Source of the DNA: Octopus vulgaris | Taxonomy: Eukaryota | NCBI GenBank assembly: GCA_951406725.2 | Contig: OX597830.1 | Coordinates: 12,710,001-12,774,000, forward strand | Direction of reading: 5' to 3' | Length of the DNA stretch: 64,000 nucleotides | Shown: positions 1 to 13,010 of the stretch, piece by piece | Position numbering within the stretch: the stretch's first letter is position 1 | Layout: every line of letters starts with the position of its first letter | The notes under the pieces: generated by a model | The model's input: the letters and a program-made list of their open reading frames with translations, nothing else | What the model was told of the DNA's origin: nothing | The model's database searches: none | Position numbers and translations under genes: made by a program

Positions 1-580
1 GATCCTTTCTGAATTCTGTTCAACTGACCTGTAGTTACCACAGCGCGGATTGTGACACAGATCATTCACTAATAAGAAGCAGGGGGAGGATTCTGCCTAA
101 CAAAGTCCATCACTCTAAGAAAATGACCCGACCACGCATTAACACTTCCAGAACCTCGGACCCTACACTGCGAAAATGTTTTGCTGTTTCTATCAAGGTT
201 GCCCTCAGTAGCTGCCCAACCTCCTCTGCTGAAAGTAGGTGGAATTATATTAGGAAAGCTTTGTATACTACATCAATAGATACTTTCGGCATGAGAGAAA
301 GGCAAAAGTCAGACTGGTTCAGTGCTGGGCTCTCAGAGCTGGAAACAATTATCGAAGCAAAGCGTGCAGCTCTGATGCAATACAAGAGTGATTCTTCTAC
401 AAAGTCACTCGAAGTACTCAGAAAGGCAAGAAATAAAACCCAACTGACTGACAGACGCTGTGCAAATAGGTATTGGCAGGAAATCTGTCAGAGTATCCAG
501 TCAGCTGCTGACAGTGGCGACACCCGTGGGATGTATGCCTGTTTGAAGAAGGCCCTCGGTCCATCCGCAGCCAAATCAGC
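1..580 (+). mobile_element. RTE-clade LINE fragment (end of APE endonuclease plus linker), cut by assembly gap
   Basis: Open frame reads SYHSADCDTDHSLIRS...RPRINT...DWF...RRCANRYW...IQSAADSGDTRGMYACLKKALGP, typical of RTE/BovB-like ORFs. Confidence 0.85.
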
Positions 581-680
581 NNNNNNNNNNNNNNNNNNNN
601 NNNNNNNNNNNNNNNNNNNNNNNNNNNNNNNNNNNNNNNNNNNNNNNNNNNNNNNNNNNNNNNNNNNNNNNNNNNNNNNN
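581..680. other. Assembly gap (100 N)
   Basis: Run of N. Confidence 1.
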
Positions 681-863
681 TCATATATACTGTTTATGCA
701 TGTGCATGCATGTGCGTGTGTATGTATGTATGTATATAAATTTAATCGAAAAACAATTCAATTTAAAATTATAGTCACTCCTCAGGTCAACAATAATAAC
801 AATAATAGTTAAATAAATAAGCTGATAGAATTAAACAATATTTCTGAACAAAATAAAATCATG

Positions 864-1104
864 ATTGTTCTTATAGAAGAAACTCCATTAACTAAATTTG
901 AAACATTAGGACCAGGTGCCTATAATAATAATATGAATTCTCATCAATTAAAGTAACTATATAATTTAAATTCGAATTACAATAAGTAAATAAATAAATT
1001 ACTCATTATTACTTAAACATTTAACATGATAAATGTATTATAGGCACCTGGTCCTAATGTTTTAAGTTTCAAATTTAGTTAATGGAGTTTCTTCTATAAG
1101 AACA

Positions 1105-1106
<2 letters not shown>
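864..1106. repeat. Inverted repeat (arms ~864-927 / ~1036-1106) abutting (TA)n
   Basis: attgttcttatagaagaaactcc...ggtgcctataata versus its reverse complement, with a short insertion in the right arm. Confidence 0.8.
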
Positions 1107-1143
<37 letters not shown>

Positions 1144-1472
1144 TCATTGATGACAGAGAAAATGTTTCGTAACTTAGACATGTAAATAATGTATATTATT
1201 ACATTTAATAATAAATAAATTGCTTATATGTTTGTATTAATACAAAATGCAAAAAAAAATCTTCAAAATAATGCAGAATTTAAACTGTCACGATATTAGA
1301 ATTTTCTTATTTTTAAATACAATTTCACCAAACTATTTCTCTGTCATTTGTAAATTTATACACTTCCCATCATTTTCTCTTGCATCGTACTATATATTCT
1401 TTGTAGAATGATACATTAAGGAGCTTTTTGTGAGTACTACCAGATTACTGGAATCCATAAATTGTGACTTAA

Positions 1473-1537
<65 letters not shown>

Positions 1538-1540
<3 letters not shown>

Positions 1541-1706
1541 GCCATGATAGATCTTTGGCCACTACACACATTTTTTTCTCCTTGTTTTTTCTGTGTACCT
1601 TTCTGTAGAAGAGCGTAGGCTCGAAAAGTAAATAACTTTTTCTATTCCTGAGCGTTATACTAATACACCACCTGTCTTCGTCTTTTGTTTTTTTTCGTAA
1701 ACTTTC
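1538..1706 (+). mobile_element. Short Penelope-like terminal repeat between microsatellites; second copy at 19845-20160 (-)
   Basis: Shares long identity with the reverse complement of ~19850-20030; contains an HHR-like motif at 1599-1634. Confidence 0.55.
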
Positions 1707-1726
1707 TATATACATACATACATACA

Positions 1727-1815
<89 letters not shown>

Positions 1816-2608
1816 ACAAAGATGTACAGGTGTAAATTCATAACGGCCGTTTCAAGCGACTTCTTTAATTGATTACATCATTGCAAAGAAACCGTTTTCG
1901 GCAGATGACTGCATAGACTTCAAACACAATGGACAAACCAATTACTTTAATATATTCGTATCACCAAAAGAGCTCAAATGTTTACATTGATTCTGCTGCT
2001 ACATCTTTGGTAGAATGAGTTTATAAAAATAGTCGAATCTACAAGAATTTAGAGGTTAGAAGAGATTATAGTGGTGGGAGGAATAATTGAGAGTAGTGAT
2101 CTAGTTAGCCACACTTCGAAGACAATAGGAATGTAGTTTTCAATCATCCAAAATTAGATATTTTGGTAGGTGTAGCTTTTTGCAGACAAAGTTGATTAAT
2201 TAATATCATGATAGCCTACTAGACAACCTAAGTACTGGAACCTTATATCCGGCTTTGTCTACACCAAAGAGTAAGGCTTGGGTGGTAAAAGATGGAGGGA
2301 TGCCTGATGGGGAAGGGGTGATAGTTGGAAGAAAGAAAGACAGGTTAGCTAATGATACTTATTTTGATTGTCATCTTAAAGTGGAAGCTAATAAAAAAAC
2401 TAAAGGAATAAATATTAGGAATTAGGGGTGGAAGATAAGTACAGAACATAATTATAATGCTTAATCAAGATATAATTAAATATACAGATGAAGGCAATAA
2501 GTACACTTAAAAATTTTAATAAGGGTATACTTGAAAATATAAGAGAAATATTAAGACTTTTCATAAATGTAGTGTATATCCTGGTAAAGTATTACATGAA
2601 GGGTGTAT

Positions 2609-2993
2609 GGAAGCACTCCGTCGGTTACGACGATGAGGGTTCCGGTTGATCCGAATCAACGGAACAGCCTGCTCGTGAAATTAACGTGTAAGTGGCTGAG
2701 CACTCCACAGACACGTGTACCCTTAACGTAGTTCTCGGGGAGATTCAGCGTGACACAGAGAGTGACAAGGCCGGCCCTTTGAAATACAGGTACAACAGAA
2801 ACAGGAAGTAAGAATGAGAGAAAGTTGTGGTGAAAGAGTACAGCAGGGATCACCACCATCCCTTGCCGGAGCCTCGTGGAGCTTTTAGGTGTTTTCGCTC
2901 AATAAACACTCACAACGCCCGGTCTGGGAATCGAAACCGCGATCCTACGACCGCGAGTCCGCAGCCCTAACCACTGGGCCATTGCGCCTCCAC
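2609..2993 (-). mobile_element. tRNA-derived SINE (family C)
   Basis: Minus-strand head gtggaggcgcaatggcccagtggttagg...ggtttcgattccc (A/B boxes); TSD-like gaagggtgtat/gatgggtgtat. Confidence 0.85.
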
Positions 2994-3602
2994 GATGGGT
3001 GTATAAAGGAAATATCTATATTACAAATAGATACTTGTAGTGTGAAATTAAACTGATATTAAACTCATACCCGTCAAATACGGGTGGGTAAAGATAGGAT
3101 ACAGTAAGAAATGAGAGTAAATGTCTAGGTTAGGAGTACATACGGGTACAAGATTTAAGCGAATTTCCTATTATCACATAATGCGTATCATGTATAATTA
3201 AAAATATATAAAATAAGATTGCAGTACACAATGAATTTTACGAAAAAAGTATAAATTGTCACAAATTTCTGAGCTATAAAAACTATAAAAAAATATATAA
3301 AGGATATATAAGGGCATAAAATTATAAAAATAAAATATAAGATATAATGTGTAATTAAAAAATATATAACAATATGAACTATAAAAAACCAAGAAAATAT
3401 ATAAAAGGGTATATAAAGGCATAAAATCTAATAATATAAATTATAAACAAACTTTTTAACGCAGTTCTATTTTTAAAAGATAAAGAATTATTTACATTAT
3501 TTACCTTTGACGGATATTTGTCCTCATATTGTTTGTTGTTAACACAACGTTTCGGCTGATATACACCTAAACATCGTTTTCAACCGAAGAGTTCATCAAA
3601 CA

Positions 3603-3650
<48 letters not shown>

Positions 3651-4164
3651 TGAGTGTGTGTGTGTGTGTGTGTGTGTCTGTGTGTCTGTGTGTCTGTGTG
3701 TGTGTGTGTGTGTGTGTTTTATATTCATAAACCCACTAGAATTGCTGAGCCAAACATCTAGCTTCGGTTTGTCTTTGGGATATTCATCTCCACAGGCCTT
3801 TCTAACATCCTTGTCAATACTCTGTGTTGTCTTCATTGCCACGTCTTATTGCCCTTTTACGTTCTTTTGTAATTTTACATGTCTTCTTGTCTTTTCGTAT
3901 CACAAGACTTGTGACGATGAGATGGCGGCGTCGGGTAGAGACAGACCTGACAGGTTGGAAGTATCTAATCACCAACTTGCACACTGGCGGCCATTTGGCA
4001 GGTGCAAAGTCACTTCCTCATCAGCTCGAGTCAATGGTGGGGTTCGGTTTCTCCACTTGGCGTATGAGCAGCCCTTTTAAGAAGAGCACTGCATCCCTTT
4101 TTAGGAAGTGTTTAGAAAATGTAACTCAAAAATTGCTCACCTCATAAAAATCTGGTCAATTTTA

Positions 4165-4650
4165 ATAATACTGGCGGACGTCCATACAGCTCTTGAAACA
4201 ATAGAATTAGTAATGCTGATGCTAACTAACCAATGATCACGCGTTTGCTGATAATGTAGGAGTTTGTCCTGAGCGTAAAAATTGTTATTCTTGCTACGCG
4301 ACTACGAAAGTATTCTGTAAATATTGCAACACTCTCTGAGACCTGCTTATTGGGTGATGGTCAGATTGCAGGAGTAGGTGCGAGGTATACGATAGTCTCG
4401 AAGGGAGAAAAAGAAGGAAATTATATAGAAGCGTGTGTAGGATTTGCCATTAAAAATAATTCTGATAAAATTAATTTGCTTGAGTTGGTACCAAGATGGT
4501 ACATGGAGATGTCTTGAAAGGTAAGAAGAGGTTGTTACTCCTTCAACTTAGAACAGAGGTGGACTTATTTGTATCAAGTACCAAGTTTAAACATAAAGAC
4601 AGTCACGTTACAATATGGATGTATCCTCGATCCAAACACTTGAATTTAAT
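4165..4650 (+). mobile_element. Decayed RTE LINE endonuclease fragment
   Basis: NIATLSETCLLGDGQIAGVGARYTIV...CVGFAIK and LLLLQL...VTIWMYPRSKHLNLI match RTE APE motifs; frameshifted. Confidence 0.7.
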
Positions 4651-4685
4651 TAATACGCGCGCGCGAACACACACACTCCCACACA

Positions 4686-4725
<40 letters not shown>

Positions 4726-4735
<10 letters not shown>

Positions 4736-5414
4736 GAGGATAATATCGATATTTAAGTATCAAAATTATCAAGTGGCCAGCATGAAAGAAATACCGTACA
4801 AAGGTAAAAAAAATTTTTTAACAATTAAAAATGAGGGTGTCTAAAAGACACCAACATGCCGAAATAGCAGTCGAAATTCTGACTATAAAACCACGTTAAG
4901 TGTTCATATCGCACCATGAGGTAAAGCGGAGGGACAAAACAAACAAGCAAAAATTATTGAATAATTCAAGATCCAAGGATTTCTGGTTCTGCTTTAAATA
5001 AGCTTTACCGTCATCAATTGAATATATCAAGGGTACATAAATACAGATATATATATGCACAGCAAACGATATACTTACATATACGAGCGTCATACATACA
5101 TACATACATATGCACGTATGGACACAGCCAGTTGAATGCCCGCCAAAGCACCGCATAAATACGATATGGTTAAAATAAGCACCGCAGTGAATATAATAAC
5201 GAATTATATAAATTTATATATGAGGATAATATCGATATTTAAGTATCAAAATTATCAAGTGGCCAGCATGAAAGAAATACCGTACAAAGGTAAAAAATTT
5301 TTTTTACAATTAAAAATGAGGGTGTCTAAAAGACACCAACATGTCGAAATAGCAGTCGAAATTATGACTATAAAACCACGTTAAGTGTTCATATCGCACC
5401 ATGAGGTAAAGCGG

Positions 5415-5417
<3 letters not shown>
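4726..5417 (-). mobile_element. Non-coding element with ~206-bp direct repeats (4726-4932, 5212-5417) and an internal hammerhead
   Basis: Near-identical direct repeats, (TA)n on both sides, HHR motif at 4964-5023. Confidence 0.7.
4964..5023 (-). ncRNA. Type-I hammerhead ribozyme motif (U3.G8 core)
   Basis: attcaa TTGATGA c-ggt..gctt/aagc..acc-a GAAA tccttgga TC ttgaat. Confidence 0.7.
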
Positions 5418-5452
<35 letters not shown>

Positions 5453-5457
<5 letters not shown>

Positions 5458-6030
5458 GCTGGGCGTAAGTCCGTTAATCCATCAATAGTTAATTAACGAT
5501 TTAATTTTTAAGTTAACTTTGAAAATCATTACCGGACTAATTAACTTCCGTTACATTCAGCTTCCGTTAACACAAGTCCGTTAACCCAATACTCGTCTAC
5601 TGCAGCCCCATGGTCGACGCATTTTCGACTCCTAGGTCGACGCAGTTTTGGCAGGCATCGACAAAAGATTTTCAACCCTCCTGGACGATGAGGAATGCCA
5701 ATTGGCTGCTGCCTTCCACCCCAGGTTTCAACTCATCTGTTTGGATAGGTATGGAAGATAAGGTCGAGGAGGCCATGAGGCAGCAGTCTGATGAAGTGAG
5801 CAGAAACAGTGGAGGCAACAACAACGAAGAGGTGGAGGATGACTTCTTCAGTGGTGTCACCCAGCAAAAAGAGAGCGGAAGCCACAGGTCACTGAAGGAC
5901 AAGGCCCAGTATTTTGTAAAGACCTAGTTGAAGACCGACTCCAAAGATCTACTGACAATGTTGGTAAACTTGTTCTTCATGTTCAATAAACCCATCCCTT
6001 CAAGTGCTGCAATTGAACGTTTATTTCCCG
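5453..6030 (+). mobile_element. hAT DNA transposon remnant (terminus plus C-terminal dimerisation domain)
   Basis: cagagctgggc terminus with ccgtta subterminal repeats; AAAFHPRF and FNKPIPSSAAIERLF motifs with stops. Confidence 0.75.
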
Positions 6031-6314
6031 CTAGGCTAAAAGCCGCTCTATCGGGTGGCTTTTAAGCTGGCTCCAGCGGAGGGCTCTTCATTAGGCCTTG
6101 GGCCCAACAATGACACTTCATGCATTGAGTACATATTAAATTTTATTAAACTTGACCAATATTTTTCAAGAAATGAACAATTTTCATCAAAACAATGAAA
6201 TAATTTGTCGACTTGGAACTTATTGCAAAGCTGCATGATAAACATGTTTTGTCTTCTCATTCGGGATCCATACAATGTTTTTCTATCTAACCTCTTTCTT
6301 TCTCTCTCTCTCTT

Positions 6315-6349
<35 letters not shown>

Positions 6350-7829
6350 GTTGAAAGATTTCAACCATCACCAGTACGCCCACCATCGCCACCACAACTG
6401 CTATTCAGAATTCTGACTCCACCACCATTAATACTTGTGACTTCGTCGCCTCCCCCTCCACCACCATCACCACTGTCTTTCACATCGCTTACTATCACCG
6501 TCATTTCTAACCGTCTCGGCTACAAGTACCATCACCACCCCCACCACCATCATCACCGTCATTTCCGCCTCTATCACAACTAGAGCTCATACTATTACTA
6601 TCACCTCATTACCATCACAACCGTAAATCTACTACCACCCTTACCGTCTCTATTCCTACTATTACTCTCACCCCAACATGAAGAATAGTAGAAGTGTCAC
6701 TGAATAGTGAGAGAGGGAGTCAAAGTGTGACACACTGACACACAGAAATTAGTGTTGGTATTTATTAATAATTGAGTGCCAAGAGATTGTCCTTATCTGA
6801 TGAAAATTTTAGTATGTTAATTTTCATGGAGAGCAACATGAATCTCATCAACAAAATGGAGAAGAGGAAAAATTTAATTATGTTTTTTATTTTTTATTTT
6901 CATTTTTTACGGCCACTTTCTCAATAAACTTTTTTAAAATTTATTACTAATATTGTGCTTCATTTGAGTGATTTACCCTTTTCTGGCTCTAAAAGCCTTT
7001 AAAAACCTAAAAAAAAAGGGTCAAAACTATGAAATCAGCCATTTTTAGGCCCTTTAAAATTTAAAACTATAAAATCAGCATTTTAAGCAAAACAAAAAAC
7101 TATAGTATTGGGGTTCTAAAGCCCTCAAAAAGGCCAAAAAGGCTGATTTTATAGTTTGGCACTTTTTAACCCTTTAGTGTTTAAAACGGCCCAAAATCCG
7201 TTGTATCTAATTCCTCTACGAAAATTTTTTTAAAAATAAATTAAGTTAGTGAATAGCTTTCTAGAAAGCACAGAACTAGAAAAAAAAGGCAACATTAACT
7301 GATGTCGCTGTCAACAGAGAAAATATTGATTTCCATAAAGTGGAAAAAATAAATGGAAGGAAGAAAAGTTGGTAAATATTTCGGTTTGAACGCAAATAGC
7401 TGTTACGTGGTTGCAGGGCATGCTAGAAATAGCACTCAAATCTTTCTTTTTCTGGAAAAGGAGCCGTTTGCGCGTGAATTCGATGTCACATTCGTTGGAA
7501 GCACGCAAAATAAGCTAAAAAAGAAAAAATGACCCGCGAAACAAAATTCCATTAATGGAAAACTTCGAGGTCCCCACCACCCCACCCTAGTTTCTTTTGT
7601 GAAAAAAGTGGCTTGCGACGGGTTTGGAGGTCTGATACGTTGAATATACCGAGGTACGAAATATTTACCGAAAGAATAAAATCTTGTACCGATTATAACT
7701 GTATTTTAATTAATTGAAATTAATGAACTTCATGTTGAAGAGTGGCAAAATTTTTGTCGGCTGCCATCTGGGATAATTTTAGTAACAATTTAAACAGGAA
7801 ATATGCATTAAGAATTTGAATTTTAGTGT

Positions 7830-8100
7830 TTATTCATAATGTTATTGCTTTTACACCTGTTAATCAAATTTACCTGCCCATAAAAGTTAAATTTACTCAG
7901 CAAGATCATTTAAAATTACATAACTATAAACCAGATGTATATAAAGCACCCACTGATAAAATTTCAAATCTGTATATAAAAAATTTACAAAGTTACAAGC
8001 AAATATTGTGGACACACCTCTTGAACCTGAATAATTCAAAATAATGTGAACATACAAGCATTACATTTGACAGATTAATAAGAACACTAGAGAGGTTTAT
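7830..8100 (+). mobile_element. Possible decayed Penelope RT N-terminal fragment
   Basis: KAPTDKISNLYIK..YKQIL resembles the Penelope PADKT.N.Y motif; weak. Confidence 0.35.
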
Positions 8101-8329
8101 CAAGTGTTTGTTTGTTTTTTTACACACACACAAAACCCGGTCTCGCTCGGTTGGGACTATACGTTTGTTACTTTGACATCATCATTCCATAAAATTTGCT
8201 TACAGGGAGAGAAATAGTGAAAAATATCAATAGATGTGTAAGTGAAAAAGAAACGAGGAGAGAGGTTTTGGGATGTGCTAGAAACAACAGCCAGATCTCC
8301 CTTAGATTACACATTTTTCTCTGAAATTA

Positions 8330-8880
8330 TGAACAATTCCTTTTGATTATATTTATTTGTATATATGGCAGTTCTGACTTTTCCAACGTTGTTACCTTGT
8401 TGGCTATATCACAATCATTTCTGGTGCCACGATTTGGCCGTATTTGTTCCTTTTCATTGCGTTTTACATTTCCTTTCTTGGTATTTCGATGTATATGTTT
8501 ACTAGTTCCAGTAGGTGGGTTATTGAACTGTTGTTTCATTTTTCTATTGTTAATGTGATGCATATGCTGCTCTAAATTAATAGAGTTAGCGTAAGGTATC
8601 TTCACGGTGTGTCTACTATAAATAGCTTGGTATCTGTTTGATTTAGAGAAACATTTGTGTAAAACGGCAAAAAATTTCCTAGCGGTCTTCTTGAAACATG
8701 TGAACCGAAAATTGGATTTACCAGAGGACATCATGTTTCCTTTATTTGTTGTTTGGCTCATTTGTTCTAGTGTGTTGTACAGAGTTGCGACAATTTATTG
8801 TGTTATGAGCAGTAGAATTATTGTGTTGTGTGTGTGTCTATGAATTTTGGTTAGTAGTTTATTGCCTTGACCAATTCTTC
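8330..8880 (-). mobile_element. Decayed Penelope-like retroelement (post-RT linker region)
   Basis: RKFFAVLHKCFSKSNRYQAIYSRHTVKIPYANSINL..HHINN resembles the PLE KFL.LIDKHFP...IFNR.TVKISYS..N motif. Confidence 0.65.
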
Positions 8881-8904
8881 CTGGCCTGTATTCTGAGTCA
8901 GTTT

Positions 8905-9221
8905 GCGTACCGTAGCGTTGTTTTTTCCTTCTCGAACCATGCCTGGCTCATAAGGGTCGGTTTCCCGGTTTCTTGGCGTATAGGTTCCCTACCTGGACGG
9001 GACGCCGGTCCGTCGCAGGTAAGCTGTAAGATGCAGGAGGAAAGAGTGAGAGAAAGTTGTGGCGAGAGAGTCAGCAGAAGTTCACCATTACCATCTGCCG
9101 GAGCCGCGTGTGGCTTAGGTGTTTTCGCTCATAAACACACACATCACCCGGTCTGAGATTCGAACCCGCGATCCATCGACCGCGAGTCTGCTGCTCTAAC
9201 TACTAGGCTATGTGCCTCCAC
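8905..9221 (-). mobile_element. tRNA-derived SINE (family C variant)
   Basis: Same head as 2609-2993 (gtggaggcacatagcctagtagttagagc...gggttcgaatctc). Confidence 0.8.
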
Positions 9222-9333
9222 AGCATTGTGTTGGTGTAAAATGCGTATTATTGGAGGAATAATGTATGTCTGTATGTTGTATGTAATGCATTTTCTCACG
9301 GTATCCAGCCCTAGCTAAAGCAGTATTGTAATA

Positions 9334-9396
<63 letters not shown>

Positions 9397-11984
9397 GATG
9401 GGGGGAGAGAGAGAGAGATAGAAACGGATGGATGAATTTCGGTCAGCGGGTTGTAATAATACACAATAAGGTAAAACTCAATGTTATAGAGTTAAGTAAC
9501 TTAGTGTTTATTGTCAGTTAACAACATGGCGAAATGTTCCGAGTTGTAATAACTGGCCACAACAATTAAGATTCAGTGCTCCCGTGAATATATTTTTTTT
9601 TAAATAAAATATATGTTGATATTGTATTTGCTTAAAATGTAGGTTGTTTTGAATCTGTTTAAATAGATGAATGTGTGTAGCTCAAGTTGACATGATAAAA
9701 TTGTCAATATAAAAAGTAATATAATAGCATGAGATTGATAGAACTGAGAGGTGCCATTGATATTTTCCTCGATATATGAAGCAATCAAAGTTTCTGGGTA
9801 TCTGAGCGATTTTTCCCCCATATTTCCTATTCCAGTTTAACAGAAGCAGTCTCATCTGAGTAATACATGGTGAAGTTGCCGAGATTGCTTGTGCCACTAT
9901 TTCAATTTTTTTCTATACTTTTTGAGCGAAATATAATTGGTCTTACTAAATTTTGAGTAACACCTGGACATCGAAGAGACGATCGCAATGAGTCACGCGA
10001 TCTCAGAATCATGCGTAGCTCATATGCTGAAACTTCGGATTTAGAGTAAGCATTTTGTGGGAAATAGAAAGTATAATAGTCCGGCAAAAGAGCATGTGTC
10101 TTCTTTTATCAGATTTATCATTTCATAATTAACCTTAATCACACAATTAGCTGTACATAACGAATAACTTGTTAGGCGACTCTGAATATTCGTTTCCGTT
10201 CGTATAGGTTTTAGTAGTTTGATTTTCTTAGTACGGAAGGTAAATGCTATTGTAGATCGATGTAGCTACTCATTGCTTCTGGAGAAAACGATAAAATAGG
10301 GTATTTAGTACGTCGTTCGTGTTCAGCAAAATCTGTCACTTCCGACTTCTTATTAATGGCCTTATACATCTTCAGCACACATTCATCATAGACAACTGCG
10401 TTCCAGCTCCAGCTTTTTGTCAGTTTATTTCGCATAAAGCAATATAGTTTGTATTAAATCGGTCGGCCAGCGGGAATGAATCACCTTAGAAAAATAACCA
10501 TTGTGCAAAACTTTCACAAACTTGCTCGTACGCACATGCACACTCATATAAGCACTCGTGCACACGCAAACCCACGCACGTACACACACATACACACAGA
10601 GAAAGTATTGCATGCTTCAAATAACATTAATAAAGTGACAACTTAGGCATTACATAATAATATTCAATGTATTCCATACGTACGCACAAATATATGCATT
10701 TATTTATAAACGAATGAAACCATGCTTAGAGATGATAGAGAGGAAATATATTCTGATCCAAAGAGAAAGGTTTTTCAAAAACAGGTAAATACAAATCATA
10801 AATCAGGAAAGTGATGAATAATGAGAGTTATTAAGAGAGATTTAATGATAAATTAACTCAAAAGAAGGTGGATTCTATTAATGATATTGCACTCCAATTA
10901 GAGTTTTTCAAAGATCTAATACTGTCAACATACATACATGCATTGCAGTAGTTGTGTAAAATTAGCAACGAATGTGTTACCATAGTTACCAATTTTATTT
11001 TGCAGAAGTAAGTATTCGACTCTTCAGTGTCAATAGCTGTTTCAAACAAACCATCACGAAATAGCATTCTTTACAATTGCTTGATTCCTTCCCAGATAGA
11101 TTTTCTTCCTGCTTTTGTTTTTATTCTATTTTACATCGATATTCTACTTTCATACAATTTCATGGTTGAAACGTGGGCAGATTGTCACGGAAATTTTGAG
11201 CTTTAAAAGTGTTAAGATTTTTAGTTCTTTTTCTGATACAAACTAGAATAAAGCTAATTGCAGACCTGCTGTCAGTTTTAGTTTGGAATAGAGATTTTAA
11301 ATACTTTTTTCTGTTACCACAGCAAATCATGTGAAGTTGCATAAAACTCTTTTAAGGAACGACTGTTTTTTTTTTTTTAGGACGTTGCATTTTTCAAAGT
11401 GCATTAATAAAATAACAGTTTAAATTGTATAAAAATTGTAACAGCCACATTACAAAAATAATATCTGTTAACATTATTCGATGCATTACTGGGCCGAGAT
11501 GCATGAAAACTATCATTATGGTGCACTTTCGCCATAAAACAGTCGTAGAACCCAATTAGATTTCGCTGATTCAGTTCTCTTTTTCAAATGATGAAATTTT
11601 TGTTTATATTGTCGTGGCGTCGTTCGCCTGAAACTTTGACAATTTTTAGAATAAATATACACAACATAATATTACTAATAGCATTAAATAAATAAAAAAC
11701 TACACAATTTGCAGAGAATCCTAAAGCAGTATTGGTTTATTAGACACTACGAATAATATCCAGTATTAATAAGTTTCGAAAGAAAATGGGAAATTTTCGA
11801 AACTGTATTTTCACTGTAATTGAACCGCCGTGAAATAGATGACCATTTGGAACTGGAAGTAAACTTCACACAAATTCACATTTCGAAATATATTGCCGTC
11901 TTATCTATCCTAAGTTTATCTAACCGTTGGTCTTAGAACATTTCTCGTATCTCAAAGTATACAATGCATATATAAAACCTACTA

Positions 11985-12190
11985 AAGCTACAAACTTTAG
12001 CACTATTTAAAGAGACGGGAAGGTCTGATTGTGTCAACCCCAGTACTTGATGGTACTTTATTTTATCGACGCCATGATAAGAGACCAAGTTGACTCTTGT
12101 GAATTTGAGCTCAGAATTTAAAAACACCGAATAGATATCATAAGGCATCTTCTCCGACGCTCTAACAATTACGCTAATCCACCACCCTAG
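11985..12190 (-). mobile_element. SINE family B, degenerate
   Basis: accccagtacttgatggtacttt..tttatcgac...gaatttgagctcagaa matches the family B body. Confidence 0.6.
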
Positions 12191-12801
12191 CATTGTGTAT
12201 AAACATTGACATATTGTCAGAAAATCAGGAAGTTGCCAGAGAAAAATGTTTTAATGTGCAATAGGATAAGCAACAAATTAATTTCAACAGTTGTCCTTTT
12301 TACAATAGACTGAACATGAAATAGATGAAATATTAGTTAATCAGCTCCTTTAATTAATCAGGTCCAACGAAAATATATAACAATAACCATAATAAGAAGG
12401 GAGCGGTTATAACATAACTTTGTAAGAAAATAGTAGTTGGATTATGAGTTTATTGTTAGTAATAATGAGTTTCTTGTCAAGAATACTCTATTCACTTGAT
12501 TCTAGTCCAATTACTTGTACAAAATGAAATGTGTACTTTAGCACAGTGCAGCTTTTATCATGAACTTATGCAGCAAAATGGGAAATAAAATCTTATTGCT
12601 TATACGTCTTCTCAATATTTTGGCGAAAATATTCTGTTTTACCCTAATTACCATTATCTGAAGGTAAAGTGTGTGCTTGTGTGTGTGATGTTAATATCCA
12701 ATGAAGTACGTGATTACACCCAATAGAACATTTCTCTGTTATTTTACATTAACTTTGATGTTGGCTATGCATGATATACAATAAAGTGTGTAAAAATGTT
12801 G

Positions 12802-13010
12802 GTTTCAAATTTTAGCACAAGGACAGCAATTCTCGAGGGAGGGGAGGGGAGTAATTCGATTACAACGTCCCCCAATGCTCAACTATTGCTTATGTTATCG
12901 AGCCTGAAAGGGTGAAATGTGAAGTCCACCCCGGCAGCATCTGAACTCAGAACGTAAAGTCGGAATAAATAACGCGCGACGCGGTAACGATTCTAGCAGC
13001 TCGCCGCCTT
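12802..13010 (-). mobile_element. SINE family B
   Basis: Head aaggcggcgagctg on minus strand; body matches 30482-31052. Confidence 0.75.

Noticed and set aside
2940-2993. tRNA gene-like sequence
   Set aside because: It is the tRNA-derived head of a multi-copy SINE, not a cloverleaf gene
3541-3566. Minus-strand cagcc-GAAA-cg-TT-gtgtt, 3' half of a hammerhead
   Set aside because: The 5' core is absent (truncated); similar half-motifs at ~58690-58740 and ~61497-61540 were also not counted
3945-4032. Minus-strand CTGATGA followed by a long ggaagt/acttcc stem
   Set aside because: GAAA and helix I are missing; cannot be supported as a ribozyme
5783-5815. CTGATGA...GAAAC hammerhead-like string
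   Set aside because: No helix I or II pairing; lies in a hAT transposase remnant
10991-11013. Adjacent splice acceptor and donor (ttttattttgcag AA gtaagt), possible micro-exon
   Set aside because: Short motifs are expected by chance in AT-rich DNA; no supporting exons or transcript evidence
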